Both the position numbers and the translations under genes were made by a program. A model generated the notes under the pieces. It had not been told where the DNA came from. It searched no databases and saw only the letters and a list, made by a program, of their open reading frames with translations. From positions 1 through 64,000 of IMG/VR virus record IMGVR_UViG_3300032236_001613: 64,000 nt of DNA; one strand, 5' to 3'. Below are positions 10,063-21,400 of the stretch, one piece after another. Position 1 is the first letter of the stretch. Every line of letters begins with the position of its first letter.

Positions 10063-10656
10063 ATGTCTATGTATCCATTCCCTCCAGCACCAGATTTAGC
10101 CTGTAACGAAGCTAGTTATGCGTATCAGCATAAAGCATTCAACGATGGAGAAATTGCTAGAATAATTGAGTTAGGTGAAAAATTTTATGAGCTAGGTGAA
10201 GCTGCCGTTGGTGGTAATGTTAAAAATAACGAAATTAGGCAATCACAAGTTTCGTGGATTCCTTTAAATGGGGACACGCAGTGGATTTATGATAGAATAA
10301 GAGATATAGTTGTACCTATTAACGGACAATATTTTCAATTTGATCTTTTTGGATTTGTAGAACATCTGCAATACACTGTTTATAGCGATAAGGATTCTCA
10401 TTATACGTGGCATATCGATAAAGGTCGAATGCAGACATCACCTAGAAAACTCTCTGTTGTAATACAATTAAGCGATCCTAGCGAGTATGATGGCGGCAAT
10501 TTGCAATTTATGACCGGTAATGAACCGGAAAATGCCAAAAAAGAAAAAGGCATGTTGTACGCATTTCCTAGCTGGGTCTTGCATCGTGTTACTCCAGTAA
10601 GTACAGGTACTAGACGAAGTCTAGTAGTTTGGTTATCAGGTCCTAAATTTAAATGA
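10063..10656 (+). CDS. PKHD-type 2OG-Fe(II) hydroxylase
   Basis: YTWHID, RKLSVVIQLSDPSEYDGG, FPSWVLHRVTPV..GTRRSLVVW. Confidence 0.9.
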   Translation: MSMYPFPPAPDLACNEASYAYQHKAFNDGEIARIIELGEKFYELGEAAVGGNVKNNEIRQSQVSWIPLNGDTQWIYDRIRDIVVPINGQYFQFDLFGFVEHLQYTVYSDKDSHYTWHIDKGRMQTSPRKLSVVIQLSDPSEYDGGNLQFMTGNEPENAKKEKGMLYAFPSWVLHRVTPVSTGTRRSLVVWLSGPKFK

Positions 10657-10686
10657 GGTAAATATTAGGATAATCCGGAGTAGTTA

Positions 10687-11481
10687 ATGACGGTTCCTAG
10701 TTCTCCTTATGTTAAATTAACTGATGTAATCACAGAGTTTGGTCCAACTGGTCCTGCTCCAGCAGCAAGATTTTTAGGATCATACAAAAAATCTCCCACT
10801 GGGCCTTATGTAGGAGTAACACCCGGTACTACAACTATTCCTAGTACTAACCCGGTGTACTTACACAGTTTCGGTGGCGAAGCTAAAGGAAATCCAGGCA
10901 CGTTTAGCTCGTCTACTGCCGGCTCCGGTACAGTTCCTATTCCTTCCGGAACTGTTAGTTTTATTGTTGAAGTTTGGGGTGGCGGTGGTGGTGGTGGATC
11001 GGGAAGTCAAATAAGATGTTTAAATAATGGATGTTTTATACAACAAGGTGGCGGAGGTGGAGGTGCTGGTGGTTACGCTAGAACGCCGGTCTCGATAAAA
11101 TCGAGTAACTGGGGTCAAACATTTAATTACACAGTCGGTGATGCAGGAGTCGGCGCTAATCATCCCGGAACGGTTGACGGGGGTACTAGCACAGTTAGCA
11201 TTGGTACATTTAATAGTCCATTTACTAATATAACAGCCTACGGCGGAAAACATGGCACAATTGCCAATTTCGGAGCAGGTGGAACCGCTGTAGGAGGAGT
11301 ATTTACCGCTACTGGACCTGTAGGGTGTGTAGGTGGGTGTAACACTGCAGGGTGTGGCGGTTGCGCATATGTTGGAGGAATATCGTCGCCAATAGGCGGG
11401 TACGGCGGGCCTAGTGGCATAGGTGTAGGGTCTTTCGGAGCACCGGGTACAGCAGGTTTAGTTAGATTTACTTGGACTTAA
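10687..11481 (+). CDS. glycine-rich receptor-binding adhesin, paralog of 8242..9051
   Basis: VITEFG, IVEVWGGGGGGG, WGQTFNYTVG, C-terminal GLVRFTWT. Confidence 0.7.
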   Translation: MTVPSSPYVKLTDVITEFGPTGPAPAARFLGSYKKSPTGPYVGVTPGTTTIPSTNPVYLHSFGGEAKGNPGTFSSSTAGSGTVPIPSGTVSFIVEVWGGGGGGGSGSQIRCLNNGCFIQQGGGGGGAGGYARTPVSIKSSNWGQTFNYTVGDAGVGANHPGTVDGGTSTVSIGTFNSPFTNITAYGGKHGTIANFGAGGTAVGGVFTATGPVGCVGGCNTAGCGGCAYVGGISSPIGGYGGPSGIGVGSFGAPGTAGLVRFTWT

Positions 11482-11505
11482 GTAAATAGTAAAAAGGTAT
11501 AAAAA

Positions 11506-12633
11506 ATGTTTGTAACCCCAACTGGAACTGTTTATTTAGGTACTGCAACTACTATAGCGCAAGTTACCCAACCGTTAAATTATTCAGCTACACTAACTGT
11601 AGCCGGCCAAGCATATTCAAGTGGATTTATAGACTATGGATTTGGATATTTTTTAGGCAGCGGAAATAGTTATCAATTATCCACACACGGTAACATAAGT
11701 CCTAATTTAATATATCCCGGCTTGGTTATAATGTACTTTGTTGACGAATGGACATCAGGCGGAGTGGCATCGGGTAGCACCATTTACCTCAAAGGATTTA
11801 CTAGCGACCCTGGACAGTCTTTTTTTACTTCTGTTACAGCTAATGGTGTTACTTTAACTTCAGCAAGTGCCACATATACATATTTTCCCACAACCGGCAC
11901 AGCTACTAGAGGAATAGCTTCATGGAGTTGGTTAGGACAATTTGGGTTAAAAAATATTTCTTCTACTACAATAACAATAAACGGATTAACACAAAACTTT
12001 AACCAATCTATAGAAGCAGAGCTTTCTGGCTATTACCCTACACAAGGAGTAATACATCTAAACACGAGTTCGGTTAGAAGACTTGGGCAGCATTCTACTG
12101 GAACAATTAGATTAAGTGATTTACGTAATCGTGCTATAACTAATATGACTGATCGGTATATCTATGCTTATACTTACAGTCTTGCTAACTATCCTACTAC
12201 AGCAAGTTATACTGTTAATCTTGCAACAGGAGCAGTAACCGGGCAGGCACAAGTTAATGGATATTCTGCAGAAGGATATCCTATAACGTATCCACAGCAA
12301 TTATGGCAAGGGACTTTAACCGATATTAGTTTATATTCCGTGCAAGCAGTATATAATACATCGACCTCAGGAACACTAACTCCTACATCCGGTGCGTTAA
12401 ACACATGGCATCAGTTTACCTCTACTGGCGCAACTACTGCATGGGCATTAACTTCAGGTGCGGTTGCTACTAATAGTAATATTACTCTTAAAATACAAAT
12501 TAAAGAAAATTCATCGTCGTTAATTGTGGATAGCTGTTTAGTTACATTAGCAAATTATAGTGCGGTAGCACCTAGCGGTGGAGGCGGCGGCGGTGGAGGC
12601 GGCGGTGGAGGCGGAAACCTTAAGCCGTTCTAA
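11506..12633 (+). CDS. putative adhesin/tail tip protein with poly-Gly C-terminus
   Basis: Thr/Ser/Gly-rich beta-type sequence; QSIEAEL...LNTSSVRRL...GTIRLSDL segment; G13 tract at C-terminus. Confidence 0.55.
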   Translation: MFVTPTGTVYLGTATTIAQVTQPLNYSATLTVAGQAYSSGFIDYGFGYFLGSGNSYQLSTHGNISPNLIYPGLVIMYFVDEWTSGGVASGSTIYLKGFTSDPGQSFFTSVTANGVTLTSASATYTYFPTTGTATRGIASWSWLGQFGLKNISSTTITINGLTQNFNQSIEAELSGYYPTQGVIHLNTSSVRRLGQHSTGTIRLSDLRNRAITNMTDRYIYAYTYSLANYPTTASYTVNLATGAVTGQAQVNGYSAEGYPITYPQQLWQGTLTDISLYSVQAVYNTSTSGTLTPTSGALNTWHQFTSTGATTAWALTSGAVATNSNITLKIQIKENSSSLIVDSCLVTLANYSAVAPSGGGGGGGGGGGGGNLKPF

Positions 12634-13055
12634 ATAAGTTCAACTAAAATTTCTAATTTAGTTCTTATAATTTTATTTGAAAGGCTTTTCCTAACACCTC
12701 TATGTAAAGGCTTCGGCCATGCTCCTAAGTCAACCCATGAATACCCGTTATGTTCTGAATTAAGAGTAGGAATAAATTCTTTTTCAACCAACAATACATA
12801 TGTATTGTATTGAAATTTTTGATCTGCACTAACAAAAAGTTCTAAAGGAACTACTTTTTTAACTGTTGGAGTTTTCCCAACCTCTTCTGATACTTCTCTC
12901 ATAAGAGTATTGTAGGGAGTAAGATCTCCGGGCTCTTCTTTTCCACCAACTAATCCCCAGGTGCCTAATGTCTTGGGTTGTGTTCTTAATAAAAATAAAA
13001 ATCTTTTTGTATCTTTAGCTAAAAATAATCCACCAGAACAGATTACTTCACTCAC
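12630..13055 (-). CDS. NUDIX hydrolase
   Basis: WGLVGGKEEPGD...MREVSEEVG Nudix box; likely GTG start at 13055 overlapping gp15 stop, with GGAG SD. Confidence 0.85.
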   Translation of the reverse strand: MSEVICSGGLFLAKDTKRFLFLLRTQPKTLGTWGLVGGKEEPGDLTPYNTLMREVSEEVGKTPTVKKVVPLELFVSADQKFQYNTYVLLVEKEFIPTLNSEHNGYSWVDLGAWPKPLHRGVRKSLSNKIIRTKLEILVELI

Positions 13056-14497
13056 AGAATCATTCTCCAATTGGTGTTTTCATATATACCTTCAAAAGAT
13101 TTGGACCATTGTATGCCATCCCATTTGTACTGTATACCTGTATATGCATTAGTTATGTAAGTGGTCGATTTAGTTGTTGTTGAATTGAATAAAATAGACC
13201 ATTGATATCCATCCCATTGAATAATATCATTAGCATGCGCTATAGACGGACCAACGTAACCACTACTTCCGGTATACCCTGCCCATGCTACTGGCGCATA
13301 TGATCCTTCATTAATTGCAATATCTTCTAAAATTAAATATCTTCGATCAATATTTTGCCCAGCAACAGAGTTAGGATTAAAAGTATGAGGATTAATAATC
13401 GCATCAACAGTTCCTCTACTGTACGCATTAGTTCGATCGGTTAATATAGTATTTGCTGGGACAGTATCTATATCAACACTTAAATTCATAATTGCGTCAT
13501 TAAGAGGATTCAATGTCATGTAAGCAACAATTTCATTTCCACCGGGTTTTCCTAATCTTAATTGACTCAATCCTGGTCGAAATCCACCTGGATATAAGTC
13601 TAAGACATTTAGCCAAATAGGTCTATTAGCTGGTACTTGTTCTACATTTACCCAACTATCGCTAACTTCAGAATGGTCTTTAGGAACAAGAGCTGCCATA
13701 TTATTAAGAACTAACAAGCTAAAATCACCTGGTGTTACTACTATTCTGCCGCTTGGTGTTTTATCTCTAAATATGTCAGCTCCGAAAAATGCATCTTCAT
13801 ACGCACCGGATTTCCCTGATCCAGTTGGCTCGGCAAAAACATTTGAAATAATTTTTGTTATGATTCCCAACTTTTTAACTTTTGCCGGAGGTGTGATCCA
13901 AATAGGAGCAGTAAACTGTAACGTTGCTACACTAATATCATTATTAGTTCCTTGAGGAATCGCTCTTGATTCAAATACCGAATTCTCTGTTAATTCTAAA
14001 ACACTTAAACTAGTCCAGTCGATGTAATTATCGGTAGTTTGCAATTCCATACTAGGATTAAACAGTACAGTAATCTGTTCCCATAATTGAAATTTTTGGT
14101 CTGTATTAGTAGTCCAGATATCTGCATTAAATGTAATAGCGTAAGGAGTAGGCATTAATCTTTCGATAGTATAATTAGCACCTTGAATATTTAAATATTC
14201 ATTACCTACTGCATCAAACTCTCTTTCTCTAATATTAAGTTTGTTTACGTAAGTTGGGTCTTGAACTCGAGATCTATCATATTTTAGATCTTTTATATAA
14301 CAACTAATAAAAGGCGCAGTCTGCATAATGTTTTCACTATTCTTACTGATTATAGCAGCAGCCTGTCTGCTCATATCCCCATAACGAACAGGTACTTGTT
14401 TAACATTTCCTGATCCATCTTGTACATAAAAACTGCTCATTAATCTCATAAACTGAGTGAGATAACGTTTTATCTGAGCATCGTAAAAAAATTGCAT
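13052..14497 (-). CDS. tail sheath stabiliser/completion protein (T4 gp15-like)
   Basis: FFYDxQIKRY..QF, VPVRYG, MPTPY...ADIWT...EQI.VLFNPS; next to neck genes. Confidence 0.75.
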   Translation of the reverse strand: MQFFYDAQIKRYLTQFMRLMSSFYVQDGSGNVKQVPVRYGDMSRQAAAIISKNSENIMQTAPFISCYIKDLKYDRSRVQDPTYVNKLNIREREFDAVGNEYLNIQGANYTIERLMPTPYAITFNADIWTTNTDQKFQLWEQITVLFNPSMELQTTDNYIDWTSLSVLELTENSVFESRAIPQGTNNDISVATLQFTAPIWITPPAKVKKLGIITKIISNVFAEPTGSGKSGAYEDAFFGADIFRDKTPSGRIVVTPGDFSLLVLNNMAALVPKDHSEVSDSWVNVEQVPANRPIWLNVLDLYPGGFRPGLSQLRLGKPGGNEIVAYMTLNPLNDAIMNLSVDIDTVPANTILTDRTNAYSRGTVDAIINPHTFNPNSVAGQNIDRRYLILEDIAINEGSYAPVAWAGYTGSSGYVGPSIAHANDIIQWDGYQWSILFNSTTTKSTTYITNAYTGIQYKWDGIQWSKSFEGIYENTNWRMIL

Positions 14498-14498
14498 A

Positions 14499-15674
14499 TT
14501 AATTATCTGCCTTAGGAATTAAAATTTTGCTTAGTGCCTGACGCTCAGGAACCACTGCACCGTGTATTGTAGCTGTAGTAGTATTATTAATAAAGCTAGT
14601 TTTTTGTGTTTGTCTAGTAGAATTATTAGTTAATGTCATTCTTACATTTTCTTCATACACAGTCCAATGTTTTCCATTCCAGCGAAATAGTCTATTAGGA
14701 AAATAATCTGTTCTTAAATGGAACTGTCCGATTGCACCAGGAGTAGGAAATTCTAACCCTTGTGTGAAAGGTGCACCATTTGGTGGGACACCGTCGCCAG
14801 TAAGATATCCTACATAAAAATTTCTTTTTGGAGAATTTAATATAATGCTAGCATCTAGTGCTGCAGTTTCGCTATCAACAGTATTGATTACATCACTAGC
14901 ATCTTCAACATCTACAAGTCCTGAATCTCTCGTAGGTATTACGTAATAACTCTTTGTGTTATATCCACTTAACGGAGCATCGGCTTCGGCTTGTGCTATA
15001 ACAGCATTATTAATAGCAATACTTTGATTATATGTACTTAAAATATCTTTTAATGTAGATCCATCACCATTGCCGCTGTCTAATGCAAGTATCTCTGCAA
15101 ATTCTTGGCTATCTACCATTGGAACACATTTAGCTCTAAGTAAATGAGGATACCATGTTTGACTAAATCCTGTACTAGGACGAGTAACTTCTGTAATTAC
15201 ATAATAGCGTTTTAATGCTACCATTACGTTAGGCTCGTCGAGTGCATATTCGTCTTTAAGGTGAGGTAACTCTATGACATCTCCAGTCATAACTTTTCTA
15301 CCTAACGATTCAACTGTTCCTCTTAGATGGAAATGTATTAGTATTTCTTCGTTGTTTAAAAATAAACCGAACTGGCTAAGATTAAACACAGTGTCAATCA
15401 TAGTATAAACACCACGCAATCTATATACGTTTGGTTCATAATGACGATCCCTGTTTTCCATTAATAATAAATCCTGTATTCCTAATTCAGGAACAGGATT
15501 AGTATTAATTGGCATCGACGGAGTAGCTGTACTAGTTGATGCTGGATTAACAGGACCTAGGTACTTATGGATCATGCAATCCGTACCTCCAACCTGAAAT
15601 TGTTCGTTTATTAAACGATCAATCATCTTAAAATCATTACCTTTTTCTGGTCTATATAAACTTAGGCGGGGCAT
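14499..15674 (-). CDS. neck/head-closure protein (T4 gp14-like)
   Basis: EQFQVGG, LSQFGL, GDVIELPH; synteny with gp13 and gp15. Confidence 0.65.
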   Translation of the reverse strand: MPRLSLYRPEKGNDFKMIDRLINEQFQVGGTDCMIHKYLGPVNPASTSTATPSMPINTNPVPELGIQDLLLMENRDRHYEPNVYRLRGVYTMIDTVFNLSQFGLFLNNEEILIHFHLRGTVESLGRKVMTGDVIELPHLKDEYALDEPNVMVALKRYYVITEVTRPSTGFSQTWYPHLLRAKCVPMVDSQEFAEILALDSGNGDGSTLKDILSTYNQSIAINNAVIAQAEADAPLSGYNTKSYYVIPTRDSGLVDVEDASDVINTVDSETAALDASIILNSPKRNFYVGYLTGDGVPPNGAPFTQGLEFPTPGAIGQFHLRTDYFPNRLFRWNGKHWTVYEENVRMTLTNNSTRQTQKTSFINNTTTATIHGAVVPERQALSKILIPKADN

Positions 15675-15703
15675 AGTACTGTTATTTATTGATAAATATC
15701 AGC

Positions 15704-16462
15704 ATGAACGAACTAGAAAATCTACGACAAGAAGTTATCGACTATGTTAAAACCTTTTTGGGCGCCGGCATGGTGGACGTGGAATTAGATCCAATCCATT
15801 ATAATACTGCGATTGATAAAGCGTTAATGCGTTACAGACAACGAAGCCAAAATTCCACCGAAGAAAGTTTTGGATTTATTACACTTCAAGTAGATAAAAA
15901 CGAATATTTCATGCCTAAAGAAGTTATGCATGTTAGACAACTTTTTCGTCGAAGCATTGGATCACGTTCTGGTGGCGGCGATGGCGGTAGCTTATTTGAG
16001 CCGTTTAACCTAGCATATACTAATACTTACTTGTTAAGTAGTAGTAATATGGGCGGACTTGGAACATATTTTGCGTTTGCTAGTTACCAAAATCTAGTTG
16101 GTAAAATGTTTGGTAGTTTTATTAATTTTGATTTTAATCCTACAACTAAAAAATTACGTGTTGCACAACGCCCGCAAACTGAAGAAAATGTTCTAGTTTG
16201 GATGTATAATTATCGTCCGGATTTTAATTTATTCCAAGATCCATATGCAGGTGTTTGGATTAAAGATTATTCCCTAGCAATGTCTAAAATTATGCTAGGT
16301 GAAGCACGCGAAAAGTTTGCGCAAATTGCAGGCCCACAAGGCGGAACTAGCCTTAATGGTGCTGCACTTAAAAGCGAAGGCGTAGCAATGGCCGAAAAAC
16401 TCGATGAAGAACTTAAGAACTATCAAGATGGCGGACAGCCTCTTACATTTGTAATAGGTTAA
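15704..16462 (+). CDS. neck protein (T4 gp13-like)
   Basis: LG..MVDVELD, WIKDYSLA..K.MLG..REKF..IAGPQGG..LNG; ATG at 15704 after TAAATA. Confidence 0.8.
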   Translation: MNELENLRQEVIDYVKTFLGAGMVDVELDPIHYNTAIDKALMRYRQRSQNSTEESFGFITLQVDKNEYFMPKEVMHVRQLFRRSIGSRSGGGDGGSLFEPFNLAYTNTYLLSSSNMGGLGTYFAFASYQNLVGKMFGSFINFDFNPTTKKLRVAQRPQTEENVLVWMYNYRPDFNLFQDPYAGVWIKDYSLAMSKIMLGEAREKFAQIAGPQGGTSLNGAALKSEGVAMAEKLDEELKNYQDGGQPLTFVIG

Positions 16463-16492
16463 CCTTCATAGTAGGGTAAGATAAATAAAAGT

Positions 16493-17368
16493 ATGAAAAA
16501 CATACTTTTAGAAATTATTAATAACGATACTTCCTGTAATAAATCATCCACACGTTACCTAAGTAAATCTCACCCAGAATTATGGAAAGACATTTTAGAC
16601 AAAACTGATTTTTTACCTGATACAGCTAAACCTAAACAAAGAATCTGGCATATTTTAAACGATATTTGGGAAATTCCAAAGTGCCCTGTTACAGGATTAG
16701 AAGTTAAATGGTGGGAAAATAGATATCTTGAAACTGCTAACAGATCTGCTAAAACTACTTTAATGAATAAGAATGGAAAATTAAATAATCGAACTTCTGA
16801 AATAAACGAAAAACGTAGATTAGGAAATTTAAAAGCGGTTGCTAATGGAAGAAAATATCGTTCTAAGGAAACATATACAGAAGAGCAAAAAAACAAAACA
16901 AAGAAAACATGCCTTAAAAGATACGGTGTTGATAATCCTTTTTATAGTTCTGTAATTATAGAAAAAATTAAAGAGAAAAATTTGGAAAAATGGGGAGTAG
17001 AATGGGCTATACAACATCCGTTAGTACGTAAAAAGTTAAGTGACACATTAATTAACAAAGGTGCCACTCCGTTAAATCTGCGTAGCGAATTTAGGAAATA
17101 TAGAGATGAAGTTAAGAGGTTAACGGAAATATCTTATAATCAAAATAAAATTATAATTAATCCAGGTAATCTTTCTAGGAAAGAATTTAATATAGATCAT
17201 ATATATTCAATTTCAGATGGATTTAAAAATTCAATACCATTAGAGATTATAAGTCATTGGACAAATTTAAGAATGTTACTTGCTAAAGATAATCAAATTA
17301 AAAATAAAAGATCTGACAAAACTAAAGAACAATTATTTGAAGACTATAAAAACTCTAAAAAAAATTGA
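16493..17368 (+). CDS. putative free-standing HNH homing endonuclease
   Basis: Lys-rich, AT-rich; KTCLKRYGVDNPF/KNLEKWGVE repeats; C-terminal IDHIYS...NLRML...DNQIKN HNH-like motif. Confidence 0.65.
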   Translation: MKNILLEIINNDTSCNKSSTRYLSKSHPELWKDILDKTDFLPDTAKPKQRIWHILNDIWEIPKCPVTGLEVKWWENRYLETANRSAKTTLMNKNGKLNNRTSEINEKRRLGNLKAVANGRKYRSKETYTEEQKNKTKKTCLKRYGVDNPFYSSVIIEKIKEKNLEKWGVEWAIQHPLVRKKLSDTLINKGATPLNLRSEFRKYRDEVKRLTEISYNQNKIIINPGNLSRKEFNIDHIYSISDGFKNSIPLEIISHWTNLRMLLAKDNQIKNKRSDKTKEQLFEDYKNSKKN

Positions 17369-17416
17369 CATTTGTAATTGGTTAAAATATAATAATTACT
17401 TATTAGGAGTTGTTTT

Positions 17417-18094
17417 ATGATCGTGGGAATTATCGGGTTTATTGGTTCTGGTAAAGATACTGCAGCAGATTACCTAGTAAATCATCACGATTTTGTAAGA
17501 GAAAGCTTTGCTAGCAATCTTAAAGACTCCGTTGCTGCTATTTTTGGATGGGATCGCACCCTCCTTGAAGGATTAACTGAAGAAGCTAGAATTTGGAGAG
17601 AACAGGTAGATACCTGGTGGGCTTCTAGATTAAACATGCCTACACTTACTCCTCGTTGGGTACTACAGCATTGGGGTACAGAAGTTTGTCGGCAAGGATT
17701 TCATGATGATATTTGGATTGCTAGTTTAGAAAACCGTCTTAAAAATACCAATCAGAATATTGTTATTTCGGATTGCCGTTTTCCAAATGAATTAACTTCT
17801 ATTAAAAATAGCGGCGGTATTTTAATTAGAGTCTGTAGAGGTGACGATCCTGAATGGTATGATCTTGCATTAAACAGCAAAGAATTAATGCCAATAGTTT
17901 ATCCTGATGTTCATACTAGTGAATGGGCTTGGATTGGAACTGACTTTGATTATGTTGTTGAAAATAACGGAAGTAAACAAGACTTGTTTAGTCAACTTAA
18001 TTCAATAATTAAAAATCCGGAGTTAGATCCCCTTGACGCCAAGGTAAATGTTGCGTATGAAGTAGCCGTTGGCAATTGGCACAGATTGACTTAA
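17417..18094 (+). CDS. deoxynucleoside monophosphate kinase (T4 gp1-like)
   Basis: GFIGSGKDT P-loop, TPRWVLQHWGTE, ISDCRFPNE, HTSE; sigma70 promoter TTGACA-17-TATAAT upstream. Confidence 0.9.
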   Translation: MIVGIIGFIGSGKDTAADYLVNHHDFVRESFASNLKDSVAAIFGWDRTLLEGLTEEARIWREQVDTWWASRLNMPTLTPRWVLQHWGTEVCRQGFHDDIWIASLENRLKNTNQNIVISDCRFPNELTSIKNSGGILIRVCRGDDPEWYDLALNSKELMPIVYPDVHTSEWAWIGTDFDYVVENNGSKQDLFSQLNSIIKNPELDPLDAKVNVAYEVAVGNWHRLT

Positions 18095-18344
18095 GATTAT
18101 CATAACGACAATTGTTTAAGTTTCCGTCAATATGGAATACGTTAAACTGCTCAGGCCACTTGCTAGAATACCCACATTTGTCACATTTCAATTTCTTTTT
18201 GTAACCTGCTTTAGCCCATTTTGGTATTCCGTCATGGCTAACTCTTGAGCAGTGATCACACTTAGATCTATAATGAATTTTATTATTCTTACGATAATTT
18301 ATTCCTACAGGTCGTTGACCGCAGGATTTGCATAGTTTTCTCAT
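18009..18344 (-). CDS. small Zn-binding HNH endonuclease-like protein
   Basis: CxxC pairs; FHIDGNLNNC..DNL.SICANC; probable start MRKLCKSC. Confidence 0.65.
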   Translation of the reverse strand: MRKLCKSCGQRPVGINYRKNNKIHYRSKCDHCSRVSHDGIPKWAKAGYKKKLKCDKCGYSSKWPEQFNVFHIDGNLNNCRYDNLKSICANCQRLLHTQHLPWRQGDLTPDF

Positions 18345-18445
18345 AAAAACAATCCCTTTAATGCGCCCTTTGTAAAGGTATTTAACCTTGAAAAAACCAA
18401 GATAGTTGCTAAATAAAACTAGCAATCCTTTGAGGAGATCGATAA

Positions 18446-21400
18446 ATGGCAACACTTAATTCCCCTGGCGTATCAGTAGAAGTAATTAACGAAAGTTTTT
18501 ATACTCCTGCCGCCCCAGGAACAATCCCACTAATTTTTGTAGCTTCTGCTAGCAATAAATCAAATAGCAGCGGAACAGGCACTGCAGCCGGTACATTAGA
18601 ATCTAATGCAGGTAAAGTTTGGACAATCACTAGTCAACGAGACTTAGCCGATACCTTCGGAACCCCGTACTTTGAAACTGATTCCAGTAATAACCCAGTT
18701 AATGGTGGGGAGTTAAACGAATACGGATTACAAGCAGCTTATAGTTTACTTGGCGTAAGTAGTCAAGCATATATTACTAGAGCCGATGTTGATCTAAGTC
18801 AGTTAATTCCTGAAATTGATCCTCCAGGCGGATTACCAGTTTCCGGTACTTATTGGGTTGATACTAGTAATACACTATATGGCGTTAGCGAATGGGATGC
18901 TACTAACAAAGTTTTTGTTAATGTAACGCCATTAATTATCGACGATTCAAACGCTAGTACAGCCGCTAATTTAGTTGATATGGAATATGAGCCAAAATCA
19001 AGTTTTGGAACTGTTGGCAGTTATGTTATGGTTGTTACAAGTCAAGATACTAATACATTATGGTATAAGAATTCCGATAATGTATGGGTTAGAGTTGGAT
19101 CGAACTATGAGACAAACTTCCAGACTACAAATTCATTTACAAGTACAGCTTGGCAAACTAGTTATCCTGTAGTAACAGGAGGAACATTTGCGTCACCTGC
19201 TAACGGCGACTCTTTTACTATTAATAATGTACCAGTTACCTTAGGAGCAACAGTAACACCTGCTGGTGTTGCTGCAACAATTAATAGTGCAATGAGTTCT
19301 CATGGTGTTAATGCTAGAGTTCTTAGCACAGGAGTACTTGCTCTTGTTGCTGATGCTAGCGCGAAATCAAATGGAACAACATCCGACGGCGGAATTACAT
19401 TAACAGATACAACAGTAGGCAAATTAGCTAAGGTTGGATTAACTGCTGGAACTTATGGTGCTGTTGCACTAGCCGTACAACCGCATACGCAAGTTCCGAG
19501 ATTTTCTGCTAACAAAAATGCTAGCGGCAGTGTTTACATTAAAACTACTGCTCCTAACGTTGGTGCTAATTGGTCTGTTAAATATTACAACGGGTCGACA
19601 CAAAACTGGGGTAACGTTTCAGCTCCAATTTATGCATCCTCGGACGCTGCAATATACGCACTAGATAAAGCTGGAGGAAATAAGATCCCAGTCGGTACTT
19701 TGTATATCGAAAGTAACTTTGAACACGGCACTGGTGCAACCACTAGCACTCAGAAATTAGCACAATTTGCAGTACTACGTCGTGCTGCAGTATCTCCAAC
19801 TACTGTCTCTTATAGCTTGCCGACAGTATGGACAAACTTTGCAAGTGGTGGTACATTCCAAGTTTCGGAAACTTTACCGAATACTACCGGATTTTATAAT
19901 ACTGCAACTGTTACATTACTCAGTAATGCTACACTAGATAATTTTGTATCTTTAGTTAGTGCTGCTGGTCTTTCTTATGTTTCAGCTAACTATGATAATA
20001 ATTCTAGAGTAGTATCACTAAGTCACTCATTAGGTGGCGACTTTAAGTTACTCGATGGAACTAGCAGTCCTTTAACAGGTGGTGGATCCACTAAATTAGG
20101 ATTTAGTGCTTACAACATGAGTACAAAAACCGGTACAGCTAATTTATATGCAACCGGTATGTACGAAGCTGACGGGTTTACACTAAGAGCTTCTAACTGG
20201 AAACCGTTGGTATACGAAGCCAAAACAAGTGCTCCGATGACCACTCCTGCGGACGGGCAATTATGGTTTAGTCCTACAGTTGATGAAGTAGATATTCTAT
20301 ATCATAACGGCACAACTTGGGTCGGCTACCATGACGGTACTGCTTTCCCGAATACCAACCCAAATGGTCCAATTATTGCTGCAACTGCTCCTCCACAAAC
20401 CGGTGGTCAGAGTGATGGTACAGATTTAGTCAATGGTGACATCTGGATTAGCACAGCCGATATTGATAATTATGGAAAAAATGTTTATGTTTGGAATGGC
20501 GATAGTCTAAAATGGATCTTACAAGATACCACAGACCATGTAACCACTAACGGATGGCTATTTGCCGATGCACGTTGGGCTACATCAGGTAGTTCTGCAG
20601 ATGCAGCTTCTATCAAGTCGTTATTGTCAAGCAACTATTTAGATCCGGATGCTCCGGATCCTGCGTTGTATCCAGAAGGAACACGTTTATGGAATACACG
20701 TCGTAGTGGTTATAATGTTAAAAAATATGTACAAAATTATATTAACATTTATTCTAATAACGGAGTAAATCCTCGTTATAACAGTGATTCAATGGCTTCC
20801 TATAAAGTTAATCGTTGGGTAACTGCAAGTCCTAACGACGATTTTGGTGTAGGTTCTTTTGGACGACATGCACAACGAGCAATAGTTGTTGCTAGATTAA
20901 AAGAAGTTGTAGATACAAACACTGCAATCAGAGATACTGATAGATTAGTATTCAACTTAATTGCATGTCCTGGATATCCTGAGCTTACTCAGAATATGAT
21001 TGCATTTAACAACGATCGACGTCAAACTGCGTTTGTAGTTGCTGATACTCCATTCCGCTTACCGGCAAATGGTACATCATTATCCGAGTGGGGAACTAAT
21101 GTTAATGGCGCACTAGATAACAACGAAGTTGGCGCAGTAAGCTACGACAACTATATGGCAATGTATTATCCAAGCGGATATACAAATGACAATTTAGGAA
21201 ACTATATTGTTGTTCCACCAAGTCATATGGCACTACGTACTATTGCTAGAAGCGACAGTGTTAGCTATCCGTGGTTTGCACCAGCTGGACTAAGACGTGG
21301 TACAGTCGACAATGCTACAGCAGTAGGATATGTTGATTCTGTAACTGGTGAATTTGTACAAGCATCATTATACGAAAGTCTAAGAGATGTAATGGCAAAG

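Noticed and set aside
1-12633. Diversity-generating retroelement or invertible shufflon acting on fibre genes
   Set aside because: No reverse transcriptase or invertase, no TR/VR pair differing only at adenines, all genes on one strand
16493-17368. Group I intron around the HNH ORF
   Set aside because: Flanking gp13-like and gp1-like genes are each complete, and the ORF has its own late promoter; free-standing
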